A stretch of 26,762 nt of DNA from the IMG/VR virus record IMGVR_UViG_3300011417_000024, positions 1 to 26,762 of that record. One strand, given 5' to 3'. The notes beneath the pieces are model-generated. The model had not been told where the DNA came from. It was given only the letters and a program-made list of their open reading frames with translations, and ran no database searches. Position numbers and translations under genes: made by a program. The number at the start of each line of letters is the position of its first letter. Position 1 is the first letter of the stretch. This DNA comes from a virus (Duplodnaviria > Caudoviricetes). This document shows positions 1 to 6,373 of the stretch, one piece after another.

Positions 1-261
1 AGAATTTATAAGTACCCAATCCCATTTCATATAAATGGAATAATAAGGCTTCCCAAGAACTGGGCAGCTATGAGCTATCAGCTTCAGGGTGATGTCCCTA
101 CTTTGTGGGCTAGTGTAGATCCTGAAGAAGATGTGTTAGGTTATGAATTTTGTTGGCTGGCTACAGGGGATAAGATCCCTAATAATTTTAGTTACCAGCA
201 TACTTTCCAGGAAGGCGCTTATGTCTGGCATTTGTACATCAACACAGGATTTTACATATGA
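1..261 (+). CDS. Conserved small phage protein (DUF7352-like), 5' end truncated by the window
   Basis: Frame is open from base 1 (RIYKYPIP...LPKNW...YQLQGDVPTLWASVDP...ATGDKIP...TFQ...VWHLY). The IYKY / LWAxVD / xTG / TFQ / VWHLY pattern resembles a widespread phage family. The family name is from memory. Confidence 0.65.
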   Translation, partial: RIYKYPIPFHINGIIRLPKNWAAMSYQLQGDVPTLWASVDPEEDVLGYEFCWLATGDKIPNNFSYQHTFQEGAYVWHLYINTGFYI

Positions 262-515
262 CAGCACCAGATATAACAATTTTTAACGAGTTGATTACCA
301 GTTATACTGGTGAACTTGTTTATGAAAAAGTCTATGCAGGTATAATCAAACCTTATCCTGTTAAGATCTATGCTGGAGTTTATATGTTTAAGAACAGCAT
401 GGATCACTGGGCTTGCAGACATGTACGTTACTGGATCCCTGGTCCCTACCAGAAAAAATACAAGAAGCTGCAGGAGCTGCTGGATACTATACCACAAATG
501 ACAATTGAAAAATAA
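258..515 (+). CDS. Hypothetical protein
   Basis: 85 aa ORF with an ATGA overlap on the upstream stop. Confidence 0.65.
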   Translation: MTAPDITIFNELITSYTGELVYEKVYAGIIKPYPVKIYAGVYMFKNSMDHWACRHVRYWIPGPYQKKYKKLQELLDTIPQMTIEK

Positions 516-519
516 CCAG

Positions 520-813
520 ATGGTATACGTAGATGATTTTTATAAAACTGGTGTGAAATATGGCCGCATGAAAATGTGCCACATGATTGCTGATACTAGA
601 GAAGAACTATTAGCCATGGCCAGAAGAATTCAAGTAGATGACAAATGGATTCAGTACGCTAACACTCCTCGAGAACATTTTGATATCTGCTTAAGCAAAA
701 GAAAATTAGCTATCCAACATGGCGCTATAGAAATCAACATGCGGGAACTTGCTCAGAAAGTTCAAGAACGAGGTGTATGTTTTCCAGTAAAAAATCCAAC
801 TAACCCCTTATAA
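520..813 (+). CDS. DUF4031 family protein
   Basis: MVYVDD...MCHMIADTREELLAMARRI...WIQ...HFDI...KRKLAIQHGA matches the DUF4031 pattern. ATG at 520 is preferred over TTG at 505. Confidence 0.85.
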   Translation: MVYVDDFYKTGVKYGRMKMCHMIADTREELLAMARRIQVDDKWIQYANTPREHFDICLSKRKLAIQHGAIEINMRELAQKVQERGVCFPVKNPTNPL

Positions 814-822
814 CCCCACCTT

Positions 823-1020
823 ATGAAAGCAGAACCTATTCTTCCCTGGAAGCAAAGCCCAGAATATCAACGCATCTATGAAGTCTTACTTAAACGCAAA
901 GTGAAAAAAGGAAAGGTAGGCCCACCTTCTGATCACGAAATTGATACCTACACTGCAGAGTTGGCCAGGAAAAATGCTAAGAGAATAAAAGACAATCCTC
1001 CAAAACAGAAAAGGCCATAA
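823..1020 (+). CDS. Hypothetical small basic protein
   Basis: 65 aa, Lys/Arg rich, in operon context. Confidence 0.65.
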   Translation: MKAEPILPWKQSPEYQRIYEVLLKRKVKKGKVGPPSDHEIDTYTAELARKNAKRIKDNPPKQKRP

Positions 1021-1171
1021 GGCACCTGCACCTGCTTAGTTCATCAGGTAATAAAAATTAAGAAGTAAAATTTTGAAGTTTGTTTGTTGTGACCAGGACA
1101 TAGTTAGTCCCTTGAAGACAGATCTTAAATTTCTTTAAGACCACTTTGCTTAACTTGTATATCTCAAAGTG

Positions 1172-1384
1172 TTAAACTAGAGCCTTCCTACATTTACCAG
1201 ACGCAGATCTCTGAAGATCTTCACTAAATAGCGCTGTAGGCCAATGAGATATTAAGTTGTCAGCTTTACCTATCACCGGTGACAATTCAGAAACATAGTT
1301 TCTTATAAACCGGAGCTGCTCCAGAACCTTTCTAAAGGGTCTTTCCAGAGGAGTACTTGGTAAGTATAGGATTTGTTGATTCAT
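1172..1384 (-). CDS. Possible hypothetical protein (only plausible minus-strand gene)
   Basis: 70 aa ORF in otherwise empty space. Its leader CAACAATCTTTATCCTAATAATG shares CTTTATCCTA with the leader of the 26441 gene. Confidence 0.4.
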   Translation of the reverse strand: MNQQILYLPSTPLERPFRKVLEQLRFIRNYVSELSPVIGKADNLISHWPTALFSEDLQRSASGKCRKALV

Positions 1385-1454
1385 TATTAGGATAAAGATT
1401 GTTGAAAAAATTTATCAAAAGCAAGCTAATTGTATTGCTTCCGGTAAAAAAGTG

Positions 1455-1462
1455 TAGATTTA
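1455..1462 (+). promoter_or_regulatory. Candidate Bacteroidota-type -7 element (TAGATTTA)
   Basis: One mismatch to TAnnTTTG, with TTG at 1435-1437 and a terminator about 60 nt downstream. Confidence 0.35.
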
Positions 1463-1495
1463 GCTTGTATTAAGTCTTTTCATTAATTCCATACT

Positions 1496-1524
1496 AGCTT
1501 CCTTAATCCAGGGAAGCTTTTTTT
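1496..1524 (+). terminator. Intrinsic terminator
   Basis: Stem AGCTTCC/GGAAGCT followed by a T tract. Confidence 0.8.
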
Positions 1525-1530
1525 ATTTTA

Positions 1531-1538
1531 TACCTTTA
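1531..1538 (+). promoter_or_regulatory. Candidate -7 element (TACCTTTA)
   Basis: One mismatch to TAnnTTTG; same context as TAGCTTTA at 24533-24540. Confidence 0.35.
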
Positions 1539-1628
1539 GCTTTACAAGAAGACAGAGTTACTTCCCAGATCTTAGGTGAAGATCTCCAAGTTTCATGCTG
1601 TTTTATTTTTCAATAAACAACAACACTA

Positions 1629-1660
1629 AGCCCTGGTAGGTAGAATCACTGGGGCTTTTT
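1629..1660 (+). terminator. Intrinsic terminator
   Basis: Stem AGCCCTGGT/ACTGGGGCT (two G-U pairs) followed by a T tract. Confidence 0.75.
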
Positions 1661-1663
1661 CTA

Positions 1664-1836
1664 TATCTATAGCTAAAAATTTTTCAGAAAATTTTTTTGG
1701 GTATCTCTCTAAAAAATTTTGTATACCTCCTAAGGGGGGAACCATACCCCCCCAGAAAAAAAATGGGTACCCCCTAAGAAGATAACCACCTCAATAATAG
1801 CCCCCGCTTTGCTTTGGTGTGTAGGGAGGTACCCTA
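1664..1836. other. Non-coding A/T-tract and G/C-run palindromic region (possible origin, terminus or promoter region)
   Basis: AAAAATTTTT tracts, G6 (1734-1739) able to pair with C7 (1747-1753), GGGTACCC (1765-1772) and TAGGG-aggta-CCCTA (1822-1836). Confidence 0.4.
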
Positions 1837-1863
1837 TGCATATAACTAAAACTTTATATTTTT

Positions 1864-2169
1864 ATGGAAAATTTAATGTCAAGTCCTGTAATTGTGGACA
1901 TTAACAAGGTTGAGACAAAGGATGGCAAAGAGTTGTTTCAGTTACTCATTGAGCAAGAAGCATTTATAGCTAAAGCTGATGGGTCAGTAAGGGCTGGAAC
2001 ACTGAAGTGCAGAGTCCTCACAGACTGGAATTTTGCTAAGTGTAACTCTGTGAAAGGCAAGGCTTTACCAGGCTATGCTATAGCAAGAGTTGAATGTGAT
2101 CCTTATGAATTCACTGTAGATGGAGAGGTGAAGCTCTTCAACCACACCTGGGTTCTCCAGAAGGCATAG
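1864..2169 (+). CDS. Hypothetical protein, first gene after the control region
   Basis: 101 aa ORF with an A/T-rich leader and TAG stop. Confidence 0.75.
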   Translation: MENLMSSPVIVDINKVETKDGKELFQLLIEQEAFIAKADGSVRAGTLKCRVLTDWNFAKCNSVKGKALPGYAIARVECDPYEFTVDGEVKLFNHTWVLQKA

Positions 2170-2175
2170 TAGTAT

Positions 2176-2211
2176 GTACAAAGTAGCAGCCCTGACAAGC
2201 TGCTACTGTAC
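2176..2211 (+). other. Stable hairpin after the 1864 gene
   Basis: AGTAGCAGC (2182-2190) / GCTGCTACT (2199-2207) plus GTAC/GTAC; only a weak U tail. Confidence 0.7.
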
Positions 2212-2427
2212 TCTTCCCAGGAAGTAATTACATCTCCAGTGTTGAGCCATCTCCCCGGAAGCAGATTCAGGCAAGATACATTTTGAGAAGTAATTACTAC
2301 TGGTTACTACATTATCCTCTCAAGATTATAGATTATAACTCTTTTACTTTCGTACTTACGAATTACTCCCTGTGATTCTAACTTCTCACCTTGAGATGTT
2401 GCTTTTCACACACACATTTTAATTACA

Positions 2428-2510
2428 TAACCCTGTGCTATTACAGATAGCGAAGATCCTAAGTAGTATTAAGCTTAGATGATAAGGCTCGTAACCTTAC
2501 AGGGTTACTA
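2428..2510 (+). ncRNA. Degenerate cloverleaf (tRNA-like) RNA
   Basis: Closing stem TAACCCTG/CAGGGTTA, arms GCTAT/ATAGC and CTAAG/CTTAG, and TAAGG-CTCGTAA-CCTTA stacked directly on the closing stem. Confidence 0.5.
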
Positions 2511-2512
2511 TT

Positions 2513-2606
2513 TAGTAGCAGCTTACCCACCTGGACCAAGGAATATGGGTCATCAGACTATAACCTGAGTGCGCACCAGGTTATTCCAAGTCGAGTGCTG
2601 CTACTA
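2513..2606 (+). ncRNA. Three-way-junction structured RNA candidate
   Basis: Perfect 10 bp closing stem TAGTAGCAGC/GCTGCTACTA with inner stems ACCCA/TGGGT and GACT-ATAACCTG/CAGGTTAT-AGTC. Confidence 0.5.
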
Positions 2607-2783
2607 TCTAATCTTTACTAACAACTGCATGGATTGCAGTCTAAGTAGCTATTATCCACCAGCCTCGCGGAGAGGTCAAACAACAGTGTAAGTGGTGCTA
2701 GCTGGTACAGCAGGCTTTATAAACCTGCAAGTCAGCTGTAATAACTATGATTTTATTTTACTTAATCAATTACAACAACTACA

Positions 2784-2915
2784 ATGAAAACTTACATTCC
2801 AGCAAAACATGCTGCATTCTGGCAAGCTAAGGCTACACAGCGCATGGTATTATTTACTATGCTTCAGGCTTTAGACTTGAAACTCAGACACATTGATCCT
2901 ACCAATTACATTTAA
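2784..2915 (+). CDS. Small hypothetical protein (43 aa, not in ORF track)
   Basis: MKTYIPAKHAAFWQAKATQRMVLFTMLQALDLKLRHIDPTNYI, preceded by the conserved leader CAACAACTACAATG. Confidence 0.65.
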   Translation: MKTYIPAKHAAFWQAKATQRMVLFTMLQALDLKLRHIDPTNYI

Positions 2916-2938
2916 ACAACAACTAAACAACTACAATT

Positions 2939-3151
2939 ATGTGCAAATTTGATGTTTACACCCCGGTAGCCAACACTACCTATTGTGAGTTCTTCACCAG
3001 TGTCTATGCAGATAGCCAGGAAGAAGCTGAAGAACTGGCTGACAAAGCATTAGCTGAGTATGAAGCTCAAATGCTAAAAATGGCACCAGATACTGATTAT
3101 AGCAATGCTACAGCTGCATTGTGTCCTCCAGATCCTTATTTTGGATATTAA
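2939..3151 (+). CDS. Small acidic hypothetical protein
   Basis: 70 aa with VYADSQEEAEELA motif; leader AACAACTACAATTATG. Confidence 0.75.
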   Translation: MCKFDVYTPVANTTYCEFFTSVYADSQEEAEELADKALAEYEAQMLKMAPDTDYSNATAALCPPDPYFGY

Positions 3152-3153
3152 TC

Positions 3154-3351
3154 ATGAAAAGCTGGAAGTTACAAGGTGTTCAATTACACCACATCACTGT
3201 AGAGAGGTTAAAATATAAATATGCGTTGTACAAAACGCATATTTATAACTCTCATCCATTGATTGTGAACAACTGTTGCCCTGTGCAATATGCCTGCAGC
3301 ATTACATTTACTGCTGTGTACCCTGATGATTATACTTTATGCTTAAACTAA
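3154..3351 (+). CDS. Hypothetical protein
   Basis: ATG at 3154 just after the upstream stop; fills the gap to the next gene. Confidence 0.5.
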   Translation: MKSWKLQGVQLHHITVERLKYKYALYKTHIYNSHPLIVNNCCPVQYACSITFTAVYPDDYTLCLN

Positions 3352-3355
3352 CATT

Positions 3356-3652
3356 ATGCTACCTAAAATCTATGCTGTGTGTCGGCATTATCAGGATAGT
3401 GACTCTGATGGCTATTACCAGTGGGTTGGCAATCAGATCCTGTCTTATCATAAGACCCATGTTGGGGCTTTGAAAGAACAGAACATACACCTCGAGAAGG
3501 AAATTGCTGTTTCTGATACCAGCTCAGCCAGCGAGCACATCAAAGAACTTACCCGGAATAACCAGGTTGGGATCTTTGATGGTGTGGGAAGTAATGGTAA
3601 ACATTCTATTCAGCCATTGTATCACATTGTTACATTAGATCTTAAACCTTAA
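3356..3652 (+). CDS. Hypothetical protein
   Basis: 98 aa ORF in a tightly packed operon. Confidence 0.75.
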   Translation: MLPKIYAVCRHYQDSDSDGYYQWVGNQILSYHKTHVGALKEQNIHLEKEIAVSDTSSASEHIKELTRNNQVGIFDGVGSNGKHSIQPLYHIVTLDLKP

Positions 3653-3658
3653 TTTATT

Positions 3659-3994
3659 ATGCCAGAATCAATTATCATTTATGATGTACGTGAAAACTGT
3701 GCGCATACTGATGACCAGGGAGGAGAGTTTTATGTGGAAAGCATTTCCCAGCGTTTATTTCAAACCATGGCTTCAGCGCAGTTATATCTGCAAGAGTTAT
3801 TAAATCTTAGGATCTCAGCCAGATTAGCCAGCGCAGAACGCTATCCTCATATGCATGGCAATACTCCGCAGGCTATGGCAGATCTGGCTGCTAACAAGCT
3901 GCATTTTGATCCTGAGTATCATTTTTCTCAGTATCCTGGAGCTTTTAAGAATATGCCTATCTTCTTCATCCAGGAACAGAAAGTGCTTTATTAA
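3659..3994 (+). CDS. Hypothetical protein
   Basis: 111 aa ORF with weak similarity in layout to the 3356 ORF. Confidence 0.75.
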   Translation: MPESIIIYDVRENCAHTDDQGGEFYVESISQRLFQTMASAQLYLQELLNLRISARLASAERYPHMHGNTPQAMADLAANKLHFDPEYHFSQYPGAFKNMPIFFIQEQKVLY

Positions 3995-4051
3995 GCATTT
4001 TCTGGCTTTTCTGGGCATAACTTTTTTCATCAATCTTTAACCAAAAAACTT

Positions 4052-4255
4052 ATGAGCACCAAGCTATTAGCTTATGTAGTGATCAGCGCATTTACCACAG
4101 CCATATTCTTTGGAGCCTTGGTATTTGTGAGCACTGTGATGAGTATTACTGTGCCTTATTGGATCATTACCCTATTTCTGCTTATTGCCGGCAATTGCCT
4201 GGTAAGCTTCATCATTTTCTTCATTCACAGCTTCAAAAACAGCGGTGAAGATTAA
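4052..4255 (+). CDS. Small membrane protein (2 TM)
   Basis: Two long hydrophobic stretches. Confidence 0.75.
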   Translation: MSTKLLAYVVISAFTTAIFFGALVFVSTVMSITVPYWIITLFLLIAGNCLVSFIIFFIHSFKNSGED

Positions 4256-4305
4256 CTATCTACTTGAAATTCTATTAAATTTATTTACTAACTAACAACA
4301 AAATC

Positions 4306-4560
4306 ATGAAAAAGAGTATCGCATCCTTACTTCTACTCACTCTTGTAGTAGTGTTCACACTTACTGCAATGGGTGGTTTTATCCTGGCTATGATTGAAAA
4401 AGAGCCAAAGCTACTGGTGTTTGCGCTGGCCATTGCCGCGGGAGCTGTAGCTATGTTTGTGGTTCACGAAGTAAAAGCCGTGAATGCAGAACAGCGCAAA
4501 GTGGAAGAATTCATGGCTCATTCCAGAGCTAATGATCCTTACACAGTCAAAATAGATTAA
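4306..4560 (+). CDS. Small membrane protein (2 TM)
   Basis: MKK plus two hydrophobic segments and a polar tail. Confidence 0.8.
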   Translation: MKKSIASLLLLTLVVVFTLTAMGGFILAMIEKEPKLLVFALAIAAGAVAMFVVHEVKAVNAEQRKVEEFMAHSRANDPYTVKID

Positions 4561-4569
4561 TAACACTGG

Positions 4570-4652
4570 AGCCCACCTGGTAGTACCGTGAATGCAATGT
4601 TTAAGCTATGTCCACATATGCTGTGAGCTTGCTTCCGGTACTTTAGGTGGCT
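4570..4652 (+). other. Long imperfect hairpin immediately upstream of tRNA-Phe
   Basis: CCACCTGG/TTAGGTGG, AGTACCG/CGGTACT, GCAA/TTGC and TATG/CATA nested pairings. Confidence 0.65.
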
Positions 4653-4655
4653 TTT

Positions 4656-4727
4656 GGAACTATAGCTCAGTTGGTAGAGCAAAGGACTGAAAATCCTTGC
4701 GCACAGGTTCAATTCCTGTTAGTTCCA
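4656..4727 (+). tRNA. tRNA-Phe (GAA)
   Basis: Acceptor GGAACTA/TAGTTCC, D arm GCTC/GAGC, anticodon arm AAGGA-CTGAAAA-TCCTT, T arm ACAGG-TTCAATT-CCTGT; CCA not encoded. Confidence 0.95.
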
Positions 4728-4748
4728 CTTAATTAAACAACTACAATC

Positions 4749-4940
4749 ATGACTAATACACAGAAACAAATGATCCTTCAGGCCTGGGCTTGGTGTGATG
4801 CAGAAGATAAATCAACAGAGTTTATGCTTGCTTATCTCAGTGATATTTCTGGTGTTGATTACGAAGAAGTAACAGATTATATCTGTTCTGAAGAAGCAGA
4901 AAAAGACCGTGAAACTTATTATAAAACTTTAAATAATTAA
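4749..4940 (+). CDS. Small acidic hypothetical protein
   Basis: 63 aa; leader AACAACTACAATCATG. Confidence 0.8.
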   Translation: MTNTQKQMILQAWAWCDAEDKSTEFMLAYLSDISGVDYEEVTDYICSEEAEKDRETYYKTLNN

Positions 4941-4962
4941 AAACATTTCAACAACTACAATT

Positions 4963-5325
4963 ATGTTTAATTCACCAAGATTCAAGCGTCAGCTTCTTGA
5001 AGTAACAGAGCGCACTATAGTAGTGTGTGACAATCCTGATTGCAATTACGAAGTGCCTGCAGAAGCCAGTGAAAGAACATTAGCAGAGAAAATCAAAGAC
5101 TTAAGTTTTTATTTAAACAAGCCTTGTTTAATCTGTGGTGATAATCTGCTTACTGAAAAAGATTTTAAAACTTACATTACTGTGCAAAAGTTTGTAGCCT
5201 GGCTGAATAAATATTTCAGCTGGATCACCTGGTTTTATTCTGACAAAAGCTGGGCTAAAAGAAATACAATCTGTGTACATACACATGAAGGCATTACTAT
5301 AGAAGATGCACCTGTTAAACATTAA
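4963..5325 (+). CDS. Hypothetical Zn-binding protein
   Basis: CDNPDC...CLIC Cys pairs; leader CAACAACTACAATTATG. Confidence 0.75.
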   Translation: MFNSPRFKRQLLEVTERTIVVCDNPDCNYEVPAEASERTLAEKIKDLSFYLNKPCLICGDNLLTEKDFKTYITVQKFVAWLNKYFSWITWFYSDKSWAKRNTICVHTHEGITIEDAPVKH

Positions 5326-5342
5326 TCCTAAACTCTAATTTT

Positions 5343-5723
5343 ATGGATCCATTTGAAGAGGAAGCCAATAAGTGGCAATCCAGACTTAGGTTATTAAAAC
5401 AAGAAGACCTGAAGAAAAAGCTTAATGCTGCAGCTCTTGAGAAAGCCAGGATTACAGCAGCTATTACTCACAAAGAAGATGATTTGTTAACAGGTAAAAT
5501 AGTTAAGACTAGTGATTTACTAAAAGATTCAGGTCAGGCTAAACTTATTAACAAACAAGCTATGCTGCGTGCACAATATCCTGATAATCCACAATGTGGT
5601 TGTGGTTGTGTGATGTTAGAAAGAACTAACAAAACTACAGGTCAGAAATTCTGGGGATGTAGCAATTATCCTCAATGCAATGAAACTTTACAAATACCTG
5701 GTCAACGGCGTAACAGATACTAG
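5343..5723 (+). CDS. Protein with C-terminal topoisomerase-type C4 zinc ribbon (zf-C4_Topoisom)
   Basis: CGCGCVMLERTNKTTGQKFWGCSNYPQC signature. Confidence 0.85.
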   Translation: MDPFEEEANKWQSRLRLLKQEDLKKKLNAAALEKARITAAITHKEDDLLTGKIVKTSDLLKDSGQAKLINKQAMLRAQYPDNPQCGCGCVMLERTNKTTGQKFWGCSNYPQCNETLQIPGQRRNRY

Positions 5724-5730
5724 CAAAATT

Positions 5731-6351
5731 ATGACACAAGAACAATTAGATAAACGTAAAGCTGAGTTCACACCTGATGACTTTTACATAGTACATCAGC
5801 AAGAGCTGCAGGCAGTAAGTGGTGATTTGCGTAAGTTATTACAGAAAGCTTCTAATAATGAAGCGGTAACTATCATACACAATCAGATTGATATGTTGCA
5901 GCAGCGTGTAAATTACAAAGATGCTTTGCAATGCAGTAAACAAAGCTGTAGCTTTTGCTGCCATAGTGAAATTTACATTGGCCAACCTGAAGCAGATTTT
6001 ATCAAGCAACATGGTAATTATGTTATTGATGCAGCCCGGCAAGCTAAACAACGAGCTACTGATGATTACAGCAAGCTAAGCTTTGCGGATAAAGCCTGTA
6101 TCATGCTTAAAGATGGCAAGTGCCAGGTATATGAGCATAGGCCCAGCTTGTGTCGCAATCATGGTATAGCATTAGGTGAAGATCCATTGAAATGCTTTGA
6201 GCAATCACGAGACTTAGGCCAGCCTAATAAGCCTACTGTAAAGATTCAGCAGCCCAGAATGATAGCGTTGGAAGCTATGGCTACTTACATCACTACCAAA
6301 AATGCCAAGGACATCAATGATGTGAAGAACATTGCGGAGTATAACTGGTAA
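5731..6351 (+). CDS. YkgJ family cysteine-cluster (CxxCxxCC) protein
   Basis: CSKQSCSFCC...ACIMLKDGKCQVYEHRPSLCR. ATG 5731 avoids overlap with the upstream gene. Confidence 0.85.
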   Translation: MTQEQLDKRKAEFTPDDFYIVHQQELQAVSGDLRKLLQKASNNEAVTIIHNQIDMLQQRVNYKDALQCSKQSCSFCCHSEIYIGQPEADFIKQHGNYVIDAARQAKQRATDDYSKLSFADKACIMLKDGKCQVYEHRPSLCRNHGIALGEDPLKCFEQSRDLGQPNKPTVKIQQPRMIALEAMATYITTKNAKDINDVKNIAEYNW

Positions 6352-6373
6352 TTAAAATTTAAAACTTACAACA

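Noticed and set aside
1036-1101. 21-codon minus-strand ORF, or U/G-rich antisense tract (TTTGTTTGTTGTG, CATAGTTAG)
   Set aside because: No exact leader target in the window and no clear promoter or terminator boundaries; too weak to call
2170-2750. CRISPR array or known self-cleaving ribozyme
   Set aside because: No regularly spaced repeats, and no hammerhead CTGANGA/GAAA core or other ribozyme consensus that I could recognise
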